Shown here in pieces: positions 28,093 to 38,030 of a stretch of DNA of 64,000 nucleotides (the stretch's first letter is position 1; every line of letters begins with the position of its first letter). Under the pieces are notes generated by a model. It had not been told where the DNA came from. It saw only the letters and a list, made by a program, of their open reading frames with translations, and did not search any database. Source of the DNA: Alphaproteobacteria bacterium (GTDB lineage: Bacteria; Pseudomonadota; Alphaproteobacteria; SP197); NCBI GenBank assembly GCA_965228895.1, contig OZ245842.1, forward strand, positions 3,392,001 to 3,456,000, read 5' to 3'. Position numbers and translations under genes: made by a program.

Positions 28093-30708
28093 ATGCACGG
28101 GATGACGCAACAGGATTGGACGGTCCAGACCCTGCTCGCCGAGATGGCCAAGCGCGGTGACCATCCGGCCGTCATGGCGTTTCAGGACGGCAAGGCCGCA
28201 ACCGTGTCCTACGGCACGCTCGCCCAGGACGCCCTGGCGCTGGCGTGTGGTCTGCGCCGGGCCGGTGCCGAAACCGGGCAGCGCGCGCTGTTGATCGGCC
28301 CCAATGGCAGTGATCTCATCACCGTACGTCTGGCGCTCGCCGCCGCCGGCCTCATCAGCATGTCGGTCGACGACCTGTCGCCACCCGACGAAGTCGAGGT
28401 TTTGGCCACCGCCGCACCGCCCGACTGGGCAATTGGTGCGGCGAAACACCTGGAGACGTTGAGGCCACTGTCGCCGCCCGGTCGCCTCTTCTGTCTGGAC
28501 GCCGACGACCAGGACGGTGCGCCGCCTTGGCAGAGCCTGCTAGGCGAGGTGACAGAGCTGCCGCCGGTCGATCCCGCCGCACCGACGGCCCTGCTCCAAA
28601 CTTCCGGCACCACCGGCACACCGAAGCTCTTCACCCTCAGCCATCGTCATATCGGCGCCAATGTGCTGGCCATCGCGGCCGAGGGCTTGATCGCCGAAGA
28701 CGACCGGCTTGTCCTGCCGCTTCCCCTGCACCACGCCTATCCCCAGGTCGTCGGTCTCCTGACGCCGCTCACCGCCGGTGCCGTCATCGTGCTGCCGGAA
28801 ACCGTGACCGGACCGTCGCTGGTCGAAGCGCTCAAGGGCAGCGAGGCGAGCGGCATCATCGGCGTGCCACGGCTTTATGAAGCCATCATCGTCGCTATCG
28901 AGCAGAACATCGCGCGCAAGGGCGGCTTTGCCCGCATCCTCTTTAACACGATGATGGCGCTGTCGATCGCCGCACAGCGTCATCTCGGCATCAAGCTGGG
29001 CCGCGTCCTGTTCCGTCCCTTGCGCGGTCGCCTCTCGAACAAGCTCCGCCTGCTCGTCTCCGGCGGTGCGAAACTTGATCCCAACCTGACCTGGAAGCTG
29101 GCGGCGATCGGCTTCAACGTGCATTCGGGTTACGGCCTTGCGGAGACCGCGTCGACGACCACCGGCAACCTGCCCGGCCGCGACCGTCTGGGCAGCGAGG
29201 GGCGCCCGTTCCAGGGCGCGGAAGTCAGGATCTTTGAGCCCAACGAGGAAGGCGTCGGCGAGGTCCAGCTGCGCGGCCCCAACGTCTTCGACGGCTACTT
29301 CGATCCCGAGGCGACCAAGGCCGCGTTCACCGAGGACGGCTGGTACCGCACCGGCGACACCGGCTATCTGGACACCGACAAGTTTCTTTACATCACCGGG
29401 CGCATCAAAGAGACGATCGTGCTCGGCGGCGGCAAGAAAGTGAGCCCGGAGGACGTCGAAAAGGTCTATGGCCAAAGCCCCCTGATCGCTGAGATCGCGG
29501 TTCTGGAAAAGCAAGGCGGTCTGGTCGCGTTGGTTCGACCGGACGAAGCCGAGATCGCCGCGGCCGGCCACCTCAAACCCGACGATGCGATCCGCGTCGC
29601 CCTGAGCCAGGCAGGCGAGAACCTGGCGCCTTACCAGCGTCTTGCGGGTTACGCGCTGACCCGCGAGCCGCTGCCGCGCACGCGCCTTGGCAAGTGCCGC
29701 CGTTTCATGCTGCCGGAGCTCTATGACGAGGCCAAGCGCGGCCCGGCCCGGCGCACGGCGCGGCGTGAGCCGGTCAAGGAGCCCCGCTTCGACGATCCAC
29801 GGGACGCTGCGACCTGGCAGGTTCTGCGTGAACATTGCCGCGATCAACTCCAGGGGCTCGACGACCACCTGGCACTCGATCTCGGCATCGATTCGCTCGC
29901 CTGGATCACGCTGTCGCTGGAGATCCAGCAGAAGACCGGCGTCGATCTCAGCGACACCGACACGACACGGCTGATCACCGTGCAGCACCTCCTGGACGCC
30001 GTGCGCGAAGCGCCCGCCGCCACGCCACTCTCCGGTGAGGAGGTCGCGGCCCAATGGCTGCGCCCAGCGAAGCCGCTCTACCAAACGTTTGCCGGCCTCC
30101 TCTATGGCGCCAACCGCATGCTGATGCGGCTGGTATTCCGGCTGAAGGTGAACGGCGCCGACAACCTGCCGTCATCCGGGCCGTTTGTCATCGCCTGCAA
30201 TCACGTGAGCGATCTCGATCCGCTGGTGGTCGCCGCGGCGCTGCCCACCGCCATCCGCCGTCAGACGCGCTGGGGTGCCGCCCTCAACCGGCTGTTCGAA
30301 GGCCCCCGCTGGAACGCGCTCTATCTTGGGCTGCGGCTGTTCCCCTTGTCGGACGCCCAGCCGGCCCAAGGATTGGCCTGCGCCCGCGCGACGCTTGATC
30401 GCGGTGACGTCCTCGTGTGGTTTCCGGAATCCTGGCGCAGCCCCGACGGCAACCTGCAGGACTTCCAGTCCGGCATCGGCCATCTGGTCGCCGGCACCGA
30501 GGTGCCGATCGTACCGGCCTGCATCAAGGGGACATTCGAAGCCCTGCCACGCACGCGGCGGTGGCCCCGACCGACAGGCGTCGCCATCCGCTTCGGCGCG
30601 CCCGTGACACCCGGCGGTCTCGCGGCACGCGGCGAGGGCGACGACGACATCGCGCGGATCGTGCATGCCCTGCGTCCCGTGGTCGCCGACGTCTGCGCCA
30701 CGTCTTAA
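28093..30708 (+). CDS. Long-chain acyl ligase-ACP-PlsC acyltransferase fusion
   Basis: TSGTTGTPK, GYGLAET, WYRTGD (adenylation); DLGIDSL (carrier Ser); NHVSDLD and FPESWRS (acyltransferase). Confidence 0.92.
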   Translation: MHGMTQQDWTVQTLLAEMAKRGDHPAVMAFQDGKAATVSYGTLAQDALALACGLRRAGAETGQRALLIGPNGSDLITVRLALAAAGLISMSVDDLSPPDEVEVLATAAPPDWAIGAAKHLETLRPLSPPGRLFCLDADDQDGAPPWQSLLGEVTELPPVDPAAPTALLQTSGTTGTPKLFTLSHRHIGANVLAIAAEGLIAEDDRLVLPLPLHHAYPQVVGLLTPLTAGAVIVLPETVTGPSLVEALKGSEASGIIGVPRLYEAIIVAIEQNIARKGGFARILFNTMMALSIAAQRHLGIKLGRVLFRPLRGRLSNKLRLLVSGGAKLDPNLTWKLAAIGFNVHSGYGLAETASTTTGNLPGRDRLGSEGRPFQGAEVRIFEPNEEGVGEVQLRGPNVFDGYFDPEATKAAFTEDGWYRTGDTGYLDTDKFLYITGRIKETIVLGGGKKVSPEDVEKVYGQSPLIAEIAVLEKQGGLVALVRPDEAEIAAAGHLKPDDAIRVALSQAGENLAPYQRLAGYALTREPLPRTRLGKCRRFMLPELYDEAKRGPARRTARREPVKEPRFDDPRDAATWQVLREHCRDQLQGLDDHLALDLGIDSLAWITLSLEIQQKTGVDLSDTDTTRLITVQHLLDAVREAPAATPLSGEEVAAQWLRPAKPLYQTFAGLLYGANRMLMRLVFRLKVNGADNLPSSGPFVIACNHVSDLDPLVVAAALPTAIRRQTRWGAALNRLFEGPRWNALYLGLRLFPLSDAQPAQGLACARATLDRGDVLVWFPESWRSPDGNLQDFQSGIGHLVAGTEVPIVPACIKGTFEALPRTRRWPRPTGVAIRFGAPVTPGGLAARGEGDDDIARIVHALRPVVADVCATS

Positions 30709-30819
30709 GGGCGTCAAAACGGCGACGCACGCACGCGCCGCTGCATTGCGTTCGGCGGCGCCACATGAGCTGGTGATAGGCGCGTTATCAATACTGGCTG
30801 TAGAGATGGAGGCGCAAAG

Positions 30820-31068
30820 GTGACAAACAGCGACTTAGAAGAGTGGCGCAAACTGGACGCGAGAGCGAGGGCCTACTGGCCCGCAAGCGGAAAGACGCAT
30901 ACCTCGGCGCAATACGAGGTGACGTTGCGTCTACCGCAGGAGCTCGTCGACTGGGTCGTCGAGAACGTCGTCGGACGAAGCAGCCATACAGGCGACTTAG
31001 AAGAGACGACACAAACCGCACTCAATGCGTTTTGCGGCAGCCTCGGTTTTGAACCACGCAAAGACTGA
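30820..31068 (+). CDS. Hypothetical protein (82 aa)
   Basis: GGAGG RBS before GTG; atypical codon usage. Confidence 0.5.
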   Translation: MTNSDLEEWRKLDARARAYWPASGKTHTSAQYEVTLRLPQELVDWVVENVVGRSSHTGDLEETTQTALNAFCGSLGFEPRKD

Positions 31069-31126
31069 AGACACCGTCTGCGCCAGACCAAAACGGTACG
31101 GATGCGGCAAACAGTCCGCGCGCCGA

Positions 31127-31627
31127 TTAGGAGGGTGAGCCGTTAACGGCGTAGACAATGCTCGCGATGACAATGCCGATGATGGCAAGAACAAGTAAAA
31201 CTCGTAGCAGACTGACAAGGGCCTCCAGCGCTTCGCCGATTATCTCTACAATTAACGCGAGGACTTTGAACAAAGGTGGGCAGGCACAAGCAGCCGCAGC
31301 CGCGAGGCTCGTGATCCACGTCCATGCTGGCCAGGTTGTGTAGGTGAAAATCAGCCACGCGGTCGCAAGAAAGGCCGCGGTCAGCATCACAAGCTTTGTC
31401 GTTGTGAGCCCTCGCCGGTCCCGCACCGCCACCGTCGGTAGCCCGCCGGGAGGCGCGGTGTGGACAGGCTCGCTGACGACATCGGGCTTGCGCGGCGGTA
31501 AGGTCTCAGGCTTTAGGTCCTCAGCCTGCTGGCGTTCGAGCGCCCCAAGAGCCCCCGCCGTGCCACTGCCAACGCCGGTCAGTTTCCCATCGTTGTAATC
31601 TCTCGACCAATCAGAGCTATCAGACAT
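31127..31627 (-). CDS. Hypothetical membrane protein
   Basis: Low-complexity N-terminus followed by hydrophobic helices. Confidence 0.6.
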   Translation of the reverse strand: MSDSSDWSRDYNDGKLTGVGSGTAGALGALERQQAEDLKPETLPPRKPDVVSEPVHTAPPGGLPTVAVRDRRGLTTTKLVMLTAAFLATAWLIFTYTTWPAWTWITSLAAAAACACPPLFKVLALIVEIIGEALEALVSLLRVLLVLAIIGIVIASIVYAVNGSPS

Positions 31628-31801
31628 AACACCAGCCTTGGCTCACTATCGAAAAGCAAGATTTCAATCATTGTAGCGGCGCGACGACAGCCAATGAAGA
31701 ACAGATCGTGTGAAAGTCGCGGTCGGCATTGCCAGACGCCGTCTGTGCGGGCAACATCGCCTCGGAACGCTCGTTGGCGGATGAATGGGGGCTTTGACGT
31801 C

Positions 31802-32119
31802 ATGCAGTTTCGAACCGCAGTCTTGGCGTCAGCCATTGTGGCTGTTCTCTCTGCAGGCACCCAGGCATCAGACGAAGACGCGGCAAGGCCAACCGATCTC
31901 TCACCTGAAGCATTGGACATCTACGATCGGTGTGTCGCTGATCCGATCAGCTTTCACCGGCTCGAGCTCGAAGATCCACCCACATTTTGCGCTTGCCTCG
32001 CAACGGGGTTTGACAAGAGACGCACTGAGATATTGGACGCCGGGCTCGTCTACTCTGAAGACTACGCTCTGTTTACGGTAGGGCGGCTTTGCGCTCCCGA
32101 GGCCCAGTCACTCCGATAG
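31802..32119 (+). CDS. Hypothetical secreted Cys-containing protein
   Basis: Signal peptide MQFRTAVLASAIVAVLSAGTQA; C...CAC...C. Confidence 0.6.
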   Translation: MQFRTAVLASAIVAVLSAGTQASDEDAARPTDLSPEALDIYDRCVADPISFHRLELEDPPTFCACLATGFDKRRTEILDAGLVYSEDYALFTVGRLCAPEAQSLR

Positions 32120-32217
32120 AATTGTCCCGGCATGTCCATGCCGTCAGATGCCTGTCGACACACGTGAGACTGTGGGCGGACCGCGGCACAAATGACCCCC
32201 GACGCAACCGCACTTCG

Positions 32218-32820
32218 TCACTCAGCCGCCGAGGCGCCGTCGTAAACGGGGAGATCGCTCGCGGCCTGGCGCGCCGCGTCGCGTTGCTCGTCGCTTAGAG
32301 CGATCAGTCCCCTGAAATCGGGCAAGTAGCCGAAGTCGCCAATGGCAACCTCATCCGTCGCCGACTGCAAAAGACTGCGGTAGGCGTCGATGTTCTCGTG
32401 GTCGCGCTTGACATAGAGAAGAATCGGCGACGAGTCCTCCGTGACTTCGTAGCCGAGCGCCCCGTAGTTCAGGTATCCGAGAAAAACCTCTGTCAGCTCG
32501 CCGGAACCGGCGGAACGGCACACTTCAAGTTGCGACGGCGTAAGCGGCACCTCGATGGACAAGACGCCCGGCGCGCCGGCTGCTAAACCCGATGCACAGA
32601 ACGCCGCAACCGGATCGGTCGGCTCCGCGGCCTGCAGATCGATACGCTCGCCCGTTTGACCTGTATGAACCTCGACAACGGCGCTCATAAGTGACGAACT
32701 GACCTCTGTCGCAACAACGTCCGCTGCCAAGGCAGCAGCCGAGCCAAGAAAAAAACTGCACGCCGCCACACCGCAAGCCCACTGGTGCGATCGACGTGCC
32801 AGATATCCGAGAAACCTCAT
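32218..32820 (-). CDS. Hypothetical secreted protein
   Basis: GGAGG RBS; signal-like N-terminus ending AALA. Confidence 0.55.
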   Translation of the reverse strand: MRFLGYLARRSHQWACGVAACSFFLGSAAALAADVVATEVSSSLMSAVVEVHTGQTGERIDLQAAEPTDPVAAFCASGLAAGAPGVLSIEVPLTPSQLEVCRSAGSGELTEVFLGYLNYGALGYEVTEDSSPILLYVKRDHENIDAYRSLLQSATDEVAIGDFGYLPDFRGLIALSDEQRDAARQAASDLPVYDGASAAE

Positions 32821-32925
32821 GGCGCCCCTCCTCCAAGCGTCGTTGGCAAAGACAAAGACCAAAAGAGTGTCATGTCACGAGCATCACAACCTTAACAGCG
32901 GAACCGTCGACAGCGCGATGGCGCT

Positions 32926-32955
32926 GGAGACCGCGGGTGTTGGGCACACCTGGGA
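32926..32955 (-). repeat. Degenerate direct repeat of tRNA-Val 3' end and trailer
   Basis: 25/30 identical to 33014-33043. Confidence 0.65.
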
Positions 32956-33025
32956 GCGAGGGCGCCAAAACGGCTTTGACGGCCGAGCCAGGGGCCCGGT
33001 GTCTGATGCTATCGGAGACCTTGGG

Positions 33026-33100
33026 TGGTGGGCGCAGCTGGGATTGAACCAGCGACCCCTACGATGTCAACGTAGTGCTCTCCCGCTGAGCTATGCGCCC
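33026..33100 (-). tRNA. tRNA-Val(GAC)
   Basis: GGGCGCATAGCTCAGCGGGAGAGCACTACGTTGACATCGTAGGGGTCGCTGGTTCAATCCCAGCTGCGCCCACCA; full cloverleaf, encoded CCA. Confidence 0.98.
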
Positions 33101-33333
33101 ACACCAAGGGGCGACGGTCTTACCGCCGCTGGCGCGATTTTGCAACAGGTTCGCTGGGCCTAAACCAAAGGTATAGAGCCCGGAATATAAGCCTTTCGCC
33201 GATGGAGCGGGGCCGGTCCGCCCCCACCTGCCGCTCACCGTCAGCGCACCGGGGGTGCAAGCCTCAATCCAGCCCCTCCCCGGCGCCTGGCGGCCCAAGC
33301 AACCGCAAACCATCATCTGAAAGGATCTTACCC

Positions 33334-33615
33334 ATGAAAATCCCCGCCATGATCGCCCTTGCCACCGGTATCGCGCTGCCCGCCTATGCCATGGCGAGCG
33401 AAGCCGACCACGAGCTCAACGGCCAGTTCCTCGGCCATTCCGAGGCCGAGATCGTTCAGACCCTGGAAGGCCAGGGTTATGCCATCGACGAAACCGAGAT
33501 GGAGGACGGCGAACTGGAGGTCGAGATCGCCCGCGACGGCAAGTCGTTTGAGGTCGAAGTGGACCTGGAGACCGGCAAGGTCACCGAGGTCGAGAACGAA
33601 GACGACGACGACTAA
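33334..33615 (+). CDS. PepSY domain protein
   Basis: Signal peptide; LEGQGY..E.EDGELEVE..DGK.FEVEVD..TGKV. Confidence 0.85.
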   Translation: MKIPAMIALATGIALPAYAMASEADHELNGQFLGHSEAEIVQTLEGQGYAIDETEMEDGELEVEIARDGKSFEVEVDLETGKVTEVENEDDDD

Positions 33616-33726
33616 ACCGGCGTCACCTGAAGCAACTGGCGCCCTGCGATCCCAGAGGTCGCGGGGCCCGGCCTTCCCGGTGTAGCATGGCCGCCAACCT
33701 CCCTTTCCCAGCCCCCGACGGTCCCG

Positions 33727-34245
33727 TTGTCCAACCGCCCTCTCCTGCTCTGGTCACTGCTCGTGCTGCAAGCCGTCTGCGCGGCGATCTTCCTCTATGA
33801 CGCGCTGGGCGACATCGTCTTCAACCTGCCGGAAACCGAGACTGAGACGAACCAGGACGACTATGTGGAGTTCGCCATCGTCATCGCGCTGGTCGCGGGG
33901 CTCAGCGTCACCGCGCGCGAGGTTTGGCGCATGCAGGTGCGCCAACGCCGGCTGGAGACACAAATGAAGCTCGCCTCCGGCGCCTTCGGCGAAATCGTCG
34001 AAAGCCATTTCGACCAGTGGGCGCTGACCCCGGCCGAAGCCGATGTCGCGCTGCTTCTGATCAAGGGTCTTTCGATGGGCGAAATCGCTAACCTGCGCGA
34101 GACCAAGGAAGGCACCATCAAGGCGCAGGGCAACGCGATCTACCGCAAGGCCGGCGTCAACGGCCGGGCCCAGTTGGTCAGCCTCTTCATCGAGGAACTG
34201 ATGGGCGACGGCGTCATGCCGCCCAATCCTTCCACCCAAACCTAA
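33727..34245 (+). CDS. Membrane-anchored LuxR-type HTH regulator
   Basis: Two N-terminal TM segments; WALTPAEADVALLLIKGLS..EIA.LR.TKEGTIKAQ. Confidence 0.88.
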   Translation: MSNRPLLLWSLLVLQAVCAAIFLYDALGDIVFNLPETETETNQDDYVEFAIVIALVAGLSVTAREVWRMQVRQRRLETQMKLASGAFGEIVESHFDQWALTPAEADVALLLIKGLSMGEIANLRETKEGTIKAQGNAIYRKAGVNGRAQLVSLFIEELMGDGVMPPNPSTQT

Positions 34246-34249
34246 ATCG

Positions 34250-34370
34250 CATCCCGGACGACCATCGGGAGGTCCGGGATCCAGGAACACGGACGCCCAT
34301 CAGGACGAACGCCATCGTCTTTTGAATCGGGGAATGTGTTCATGGGTCCCGGCTCAAGGCCGGGGCCCGG
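34250..34370. repeat. REP/RPE-like palindromic element
   Basis: ATCCCGGAC...GTCCGGGAT and CCCGGCTCAAGGCCGGG hairpins between convergent genes; related to 59449-59477. Confidence 0.65.
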
Positions 34371-34388
34371 CAGATTTGCGTGGCGCGC

Positions 34389-35564
34389 TCAGTCCTCGCC
34401 GCCGGCGACCATCTCGACCGGCTCGCCGGCATAGGTGAACGGCACCTTGTCGGTGATGGTGAGGCCATAACCGTCGATGTGACGGTACTTCGCCGGGTTG
34501 TTGGTCAGGATGCGGATAGAGCGTAGCCCGAGATCATAGAGGATCTGCGCGCCCGTGCCGTATTGGCGCCAGTCGCCGGCGTCCAGCTTGTCGGCGGCGC
34601 TTTCGTCACCCTGGGCATAGATGCGCTTGCGGTTGATGCCGAGGCCCCAGCCTTCGGACCCCCGAAGGTAGATCAAGACGCCCGCCGGTTCCGCCGCCAG
34701 GCGCTCCAGCGCCAGATCGACCAGGCTCCTCCCGTTGCCGCGCACCGAACCGAAGACGTCGTCGACGACCGACGCCGAATGCACGCGCACCAAAACGTCG
34801 TCGTGGCGTTTGAGGTCGCCGTGAACAATCGCCAGATGTTCGGTGTCGTCGACGAGCGAGCGGTAGATGCGCGCCTCGAACGGGCCGTGGCGGGTATCGA
34901 ACGGTTTTGTCTCGACCAGCTCGACCAGCTTTTCGTTGCGCCGGCGATAGGTGATGAGGTCCTCGATCGAGATCAGCAAGAGGTCGTGCGCGGCAGCGAA
35001 CTCGATCAGTTCCGGCAGCCGTTTCATGGTGCCGTCATCGTTGACGATCTCGCAGATCGCGCCTGCCGGGTAACCGCCGGCGAGCCGGGCCAGGTCAACC
35101 GCGGCCTCGGTGTGGCCGGCCCGCGTCAAGACGCCACCGTCGCGCGCCAGCAGCGGAAAGATATGGCCGGGTTTGGCGAAATCGGTGGCCGCGACCTCCC
35201 GGTTGTCGCCTTGGTCGGCCAGCGCGCGGATCGTCTTCGCCCGGTCGGCTGCGGAAATCCCGGTGGTCGTGCCGTACTTATAGTCGACGGAGACGGTGAA
35301 CGCGGTGCCGTGGCTTTCGGTGTTGTGCTGCACCATCTGGGGCAGGTCCAGCTCGCCGACGCGCTCGGCGTTCATCGGCACGCAGATGACGCCGGAGGTA
35401 TGGCGCACCATGAAGGCGATCGCTTCAGGCGTCGCCCGGTCGGCCGCCATAATCAGATCGCCCTCGTTCTCGCGCGTCTCGTCGTCGACGACGACGACCA
35501 TCTTACCGTCGGCAATAGCGCGGATCGCCTCGTCGATGGAGGCAAAGATCGGTTTCTCACTCAT
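34389..35564 (-). CDS. ribB: 3,4-dihydroxy-2-butanone-4-phosphate synthase fused to degenerate GTP cyclohydrolase II (RibBX-type)
   Basis: [32 protein letters not shown]; C-terminal RVHS region lacks the Zn-binding cysteines. Confidence 0.92.
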   Translation of the reverse strand: MSEKPIFASIDEAIRAIADGKMVVVVDDETRENEGDLIMAADRATPEAIAFMVRHTSGVICVPMNAERVGELDLPQMVQHNTESHGTAFTVSVDYKYGTTTGISAADRAKTIRALADQGDNREVAATDFAKPGHIFPLLARDGGVLTRAGHTEAAVDLARLAGGYPAGAICEIVNDDGTMKRLPELIEFAAAHDLLLISIEDLITYRRRNEKLVELVETKPFDTRHGPFEARIYRSLVDDTEHLAIVHGDLKRHDDVLVRVHSASVVDDVFGSVRGNGRSLVDLALERLAAEPAGVLIYLRGSEGWGLGINRKRIYAQGDESAADKLDAGDWRQYGTGAQILYDLGLRSIRILTNNPAKYRHIDGYGLTITDKVPFTYAGEPVEMVAGGED

Positions 35565-35676
35565 GGCGGCCAATATGGTCCGGAAGGCGGATCACGGCAA
35601 GATTCCCGTCGAGCCGTGGAATTGGGGCCAAAGAGGTCTAAGATTGCTTGGGCGAGAGCTTCGCGCGGCGCGACCC

Positions 35677-36000
35677 ATGAGCTATTACGGCATTCTTGAG
35701 ACCTTGTCGCAATGGGCGGCGATCCTGACCGCGGTCGTCGCGGTTCTGGCGTCGGCCTGGTACGTCATGGAGCGCCGCCGCAAACGCCGCCGTCTCGAAC
35801 AGTACCTAAAGGATGAGTATGAAGCCCGGCGCGACAAGGGACAGCGCACGCTTTTGCACCTTGCGGCCAATCTTGGCATGACGGAGACCGAGATCATGGA
35901 CGCGGCTTTTCGCAGCAAGCGCATCGACCGCGTGGTCGTGACCGACTCGGCGGGCCGGGCCGACCGCATGATGTTGGTTTACCTGCCCAGGAAACGCTGA
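35677..36000 (+). CDS. Hypothetical single-TM protein
   Basis: N-terminal TM, basic stop-transfer RRRKRRR, small soluble domain. Confidence 0.7.
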   Translation: MSYYGILETLSQWAAILTAVVAVLASAWYVMERRRKRRRLEQYLKDEYEARRDKGQRTLLHLAANLGMTETEIMDAAFRSKRIDRVVVTDSAGRADRMMLVYLPRKR

Positions 36001-36103
36001 ACCCAGACGTTTTCTGACGTCAGGAACCGGCCCTGGGACTCCGCCGCCAAGCTGTTATGATCGCCGACCAACGCGCGCCGCCGCGCTAACGCAGGAGGAC
36101 CTC

Positions 36104-37504
36104 ATGGCAACGAACGTTCCCCAGGACATCCAGGAAATCTGGCAGATGGACCTGGATCACGTGATCCATCCCTTCCAGGACTTCGAGAGCTTCAAGGAAA
36201 CCGGCTCCGACATCATGTCGAAGAGCGAGGGGTCCCACATCTTCGATGCCTACGGCAACAAGCTGCTCGATGGCTGCGCCGGTCTGTGGTGCGTCAACAT
36301 CGGCTATGGCCGCAAGGAGATGGCCGCGGCGATCGCCGAACAGGTCGTCGACCTCGCCTATTATTCGACCTTCGGCCAGTTGACCACGCCGCCGACCGCG
36401 AAGTTCGCCGCCAAGCTCGCCGAATACGCGCCGGGCAAGCTGAACCACATCATGTACAGCACCGGCGGATCGATGGCGAACGACACCGCCATCCGCATGG
36501 TCCACTACTATTGGAACGCCAAGGGCCAGCCGAACCGCAAGAAGATCATCAGCCGGGTCGACGCCTATCACGGCATGACCTATCTGGCCGCCGGCCTCAC
36601 CGGCATCGAGTTCGACCGCATCGGCTTCGATCAGGAAGACGAGATCATCCATCACGTCTCCGTGCCCAACGTCTACCGTCCGCGCGACGGCATGAGCCCG
36701 TCGGAACTCTGCGACTTCCTGGTCCAGGAACTCGACGACAAGATCCAGGAGCTGGGCCCGGAAAACGTCGCGGCCTTCATCGCCGAGCCGATCATGGGCG
36801 CCGGCGGCGTGCTGGTGCCGCCGGAGGGTTATCACAAGCGCACCCAGGACGTGTGCCGCAAATACGGCGTCCTCACCATCTCCGACGAGGTCGTCACCGG
36901 CTTCGGCCGTCTGGGCCACATCTTCGCGTCCGAGCCGGTGTTTGGTCTGACGCCCGATATCATCACCTCGGCCAAGGGCATCTCGTCCGGTTACCTGCCG
37001 CTCGCCGCGACCATCGTCACCGACGAGATCTATGACACCATCTCCGCGCCACGCGACGATGGCGGCATCTATTCGACCGGCTTCACCTATGCCGGGCACC
37101 CCGTGTGCTGCGCCGCCGGCCTCAAGAACCTCGAGATCATCGAGGACGAGGATATCTGCGGTCACGTCCTGAAGGTCGGCCCGTATTTTGAGGAGCAGCT
37201 CAAGACGCTGATGGATCTGCCCCTGGTCGGCGACGTGCGCGGCAAGTGCTTCATGATGTGCGTCGAGAACGTCGGCAACAAAGAGACCAAGGAAGTCCTG
37301 CCGCCCGAAGCGCGCGTCGGCGACCGGATCGCCAAGCACGCCCAGGAACGCGGCGCGCTGGTGCGCCCGATCGGCCACCTGAACGTCTTGTCGCCGCCGC
37401 TGATCATGACCACCGACGAGATCGACTTCCTGGTCTCGACGCTGCGCGCCTCGATCGAAGCGACCCAGGACGACCTCACCCGCGAAGGCATCTGGAAGGG
37501 CTAA
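36104..37504 (+). CDS. Class III aminotransferase
   Basis: GLWCVNIGYGR, YHG, AEPIMGAGG, DEVVTGFGR, SAKG. Confidence 0.95.
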   Translation: MATNVPQDIQEIWQMDLDHVIHPFQDFESFKETGSDIMSKSEGSHIFDAYGNKLLDGCAGLWCVNIGYGRKEMAAAIAEQVVDLAYYSTFGQLTTPPTAKFAAKLAEYAPGKLNHIMYSTGGSMANDTAIRMVHYYWNAKGQPNRKKIISRVDAYHGMTYLAAGLTGIEFDRIGFDQEDEIIHHVSVPNVYRPRDGMSPSELCDFLVQELDDKIQELGPENVAAFIAEPIMGAGGVLVPPEGYHKRTQDVCRKYGVLTISDEVVTGFGRLGHIFASEPVFGLTPDIITSAKGISSGYLPLAATIVTDEIYDTISAPRDDGGIYSTGFTYAGHPVCCAAGLKNLEIIEDEDICGHVLKVGPYFEEQLKTLMDLPLVGDVRGKCFMMCVENVGNKETKEVLPPEARVGDRIAKHAQERGALVRPIGHLNVLSPPLIMTTDEIDFLVSTLRASIEATQDDLTREGIWKG

Positions 37505-37527
37505 GCGGACCTCAGCGAGGAACCCTG

Positions 37528-37561
37528 GCGGCGGCGCGGCGAAAGTTGCGCCGCCGCTTTT
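37528..37561 (+). terminator. Intrinsic terminator
   Basis: GCGGCGGCGCGGC-GAAA-GTTGCGCCGCCGC followed by TTTT. Confidence 0.75.
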
Positions 37562-37589
37562 CTGTGCATCAATGTGCTAGCCTATCCAG

Positions 37590-37985
37590 ATGACACCGGA
37601 GCGCGCAGCCTACGATCTGGCAGAGGCTCAATACACCAATCTCGATCTGGGCATCGGTTGGTGGGAAGAACTACCCAGCATCCTGGAGAAACAATGCGTC
37701 GATCGCGGTGATGACAAAGGCTTCGCCTTCTGGGTGACCGTGCACACCGAATACCTGATGCTGGACACCCACTTCACCGTTACCGGCGAACTGCCGCCGA
37801 TCGAACGGGACGATCCCCAGCACTATCTGGCCATGATGCTCTGGGACGAAGGTTGGGGCACGCCGGACCTGGCTTTGTGGACGGCCCGGCGCTATGGCCA
37901 CGATCGCGCGATCCAGTACCTCCAGCGCATGGACGACATCTGGCGACAAGCCCATGACGACGTCGAGGCCCACCGGCTAGCCTAG
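37590..37985 (+). CDS. Hypothetical protein
   Basis: 131-aa ORF with host-like codon usage filling an intergenic gap. Confidence 0.6.
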   Translation: MTPERAAYDLAEAQYTNLDLGIGWWEELPSILEKQCVDRGDDKGFAFWVTVHTEYLMLDTHFTVTGELPPIERDDPQHYLAMMLWDEGWGTPDLALWTARRYGHDRAIQYLQRMDDIWRQAHDDVEAHRLA

Positions 37986-38030
37986 GCGCCGCCCGGCCAA
38001 ACTAATCAGCTAAGGACCCCAGCCTTGACG

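Noticed and set aside
32819-33316. ORFs overlapping tRNA-Val
   Set aside because: Spurious frames across the tRNA and its promoter
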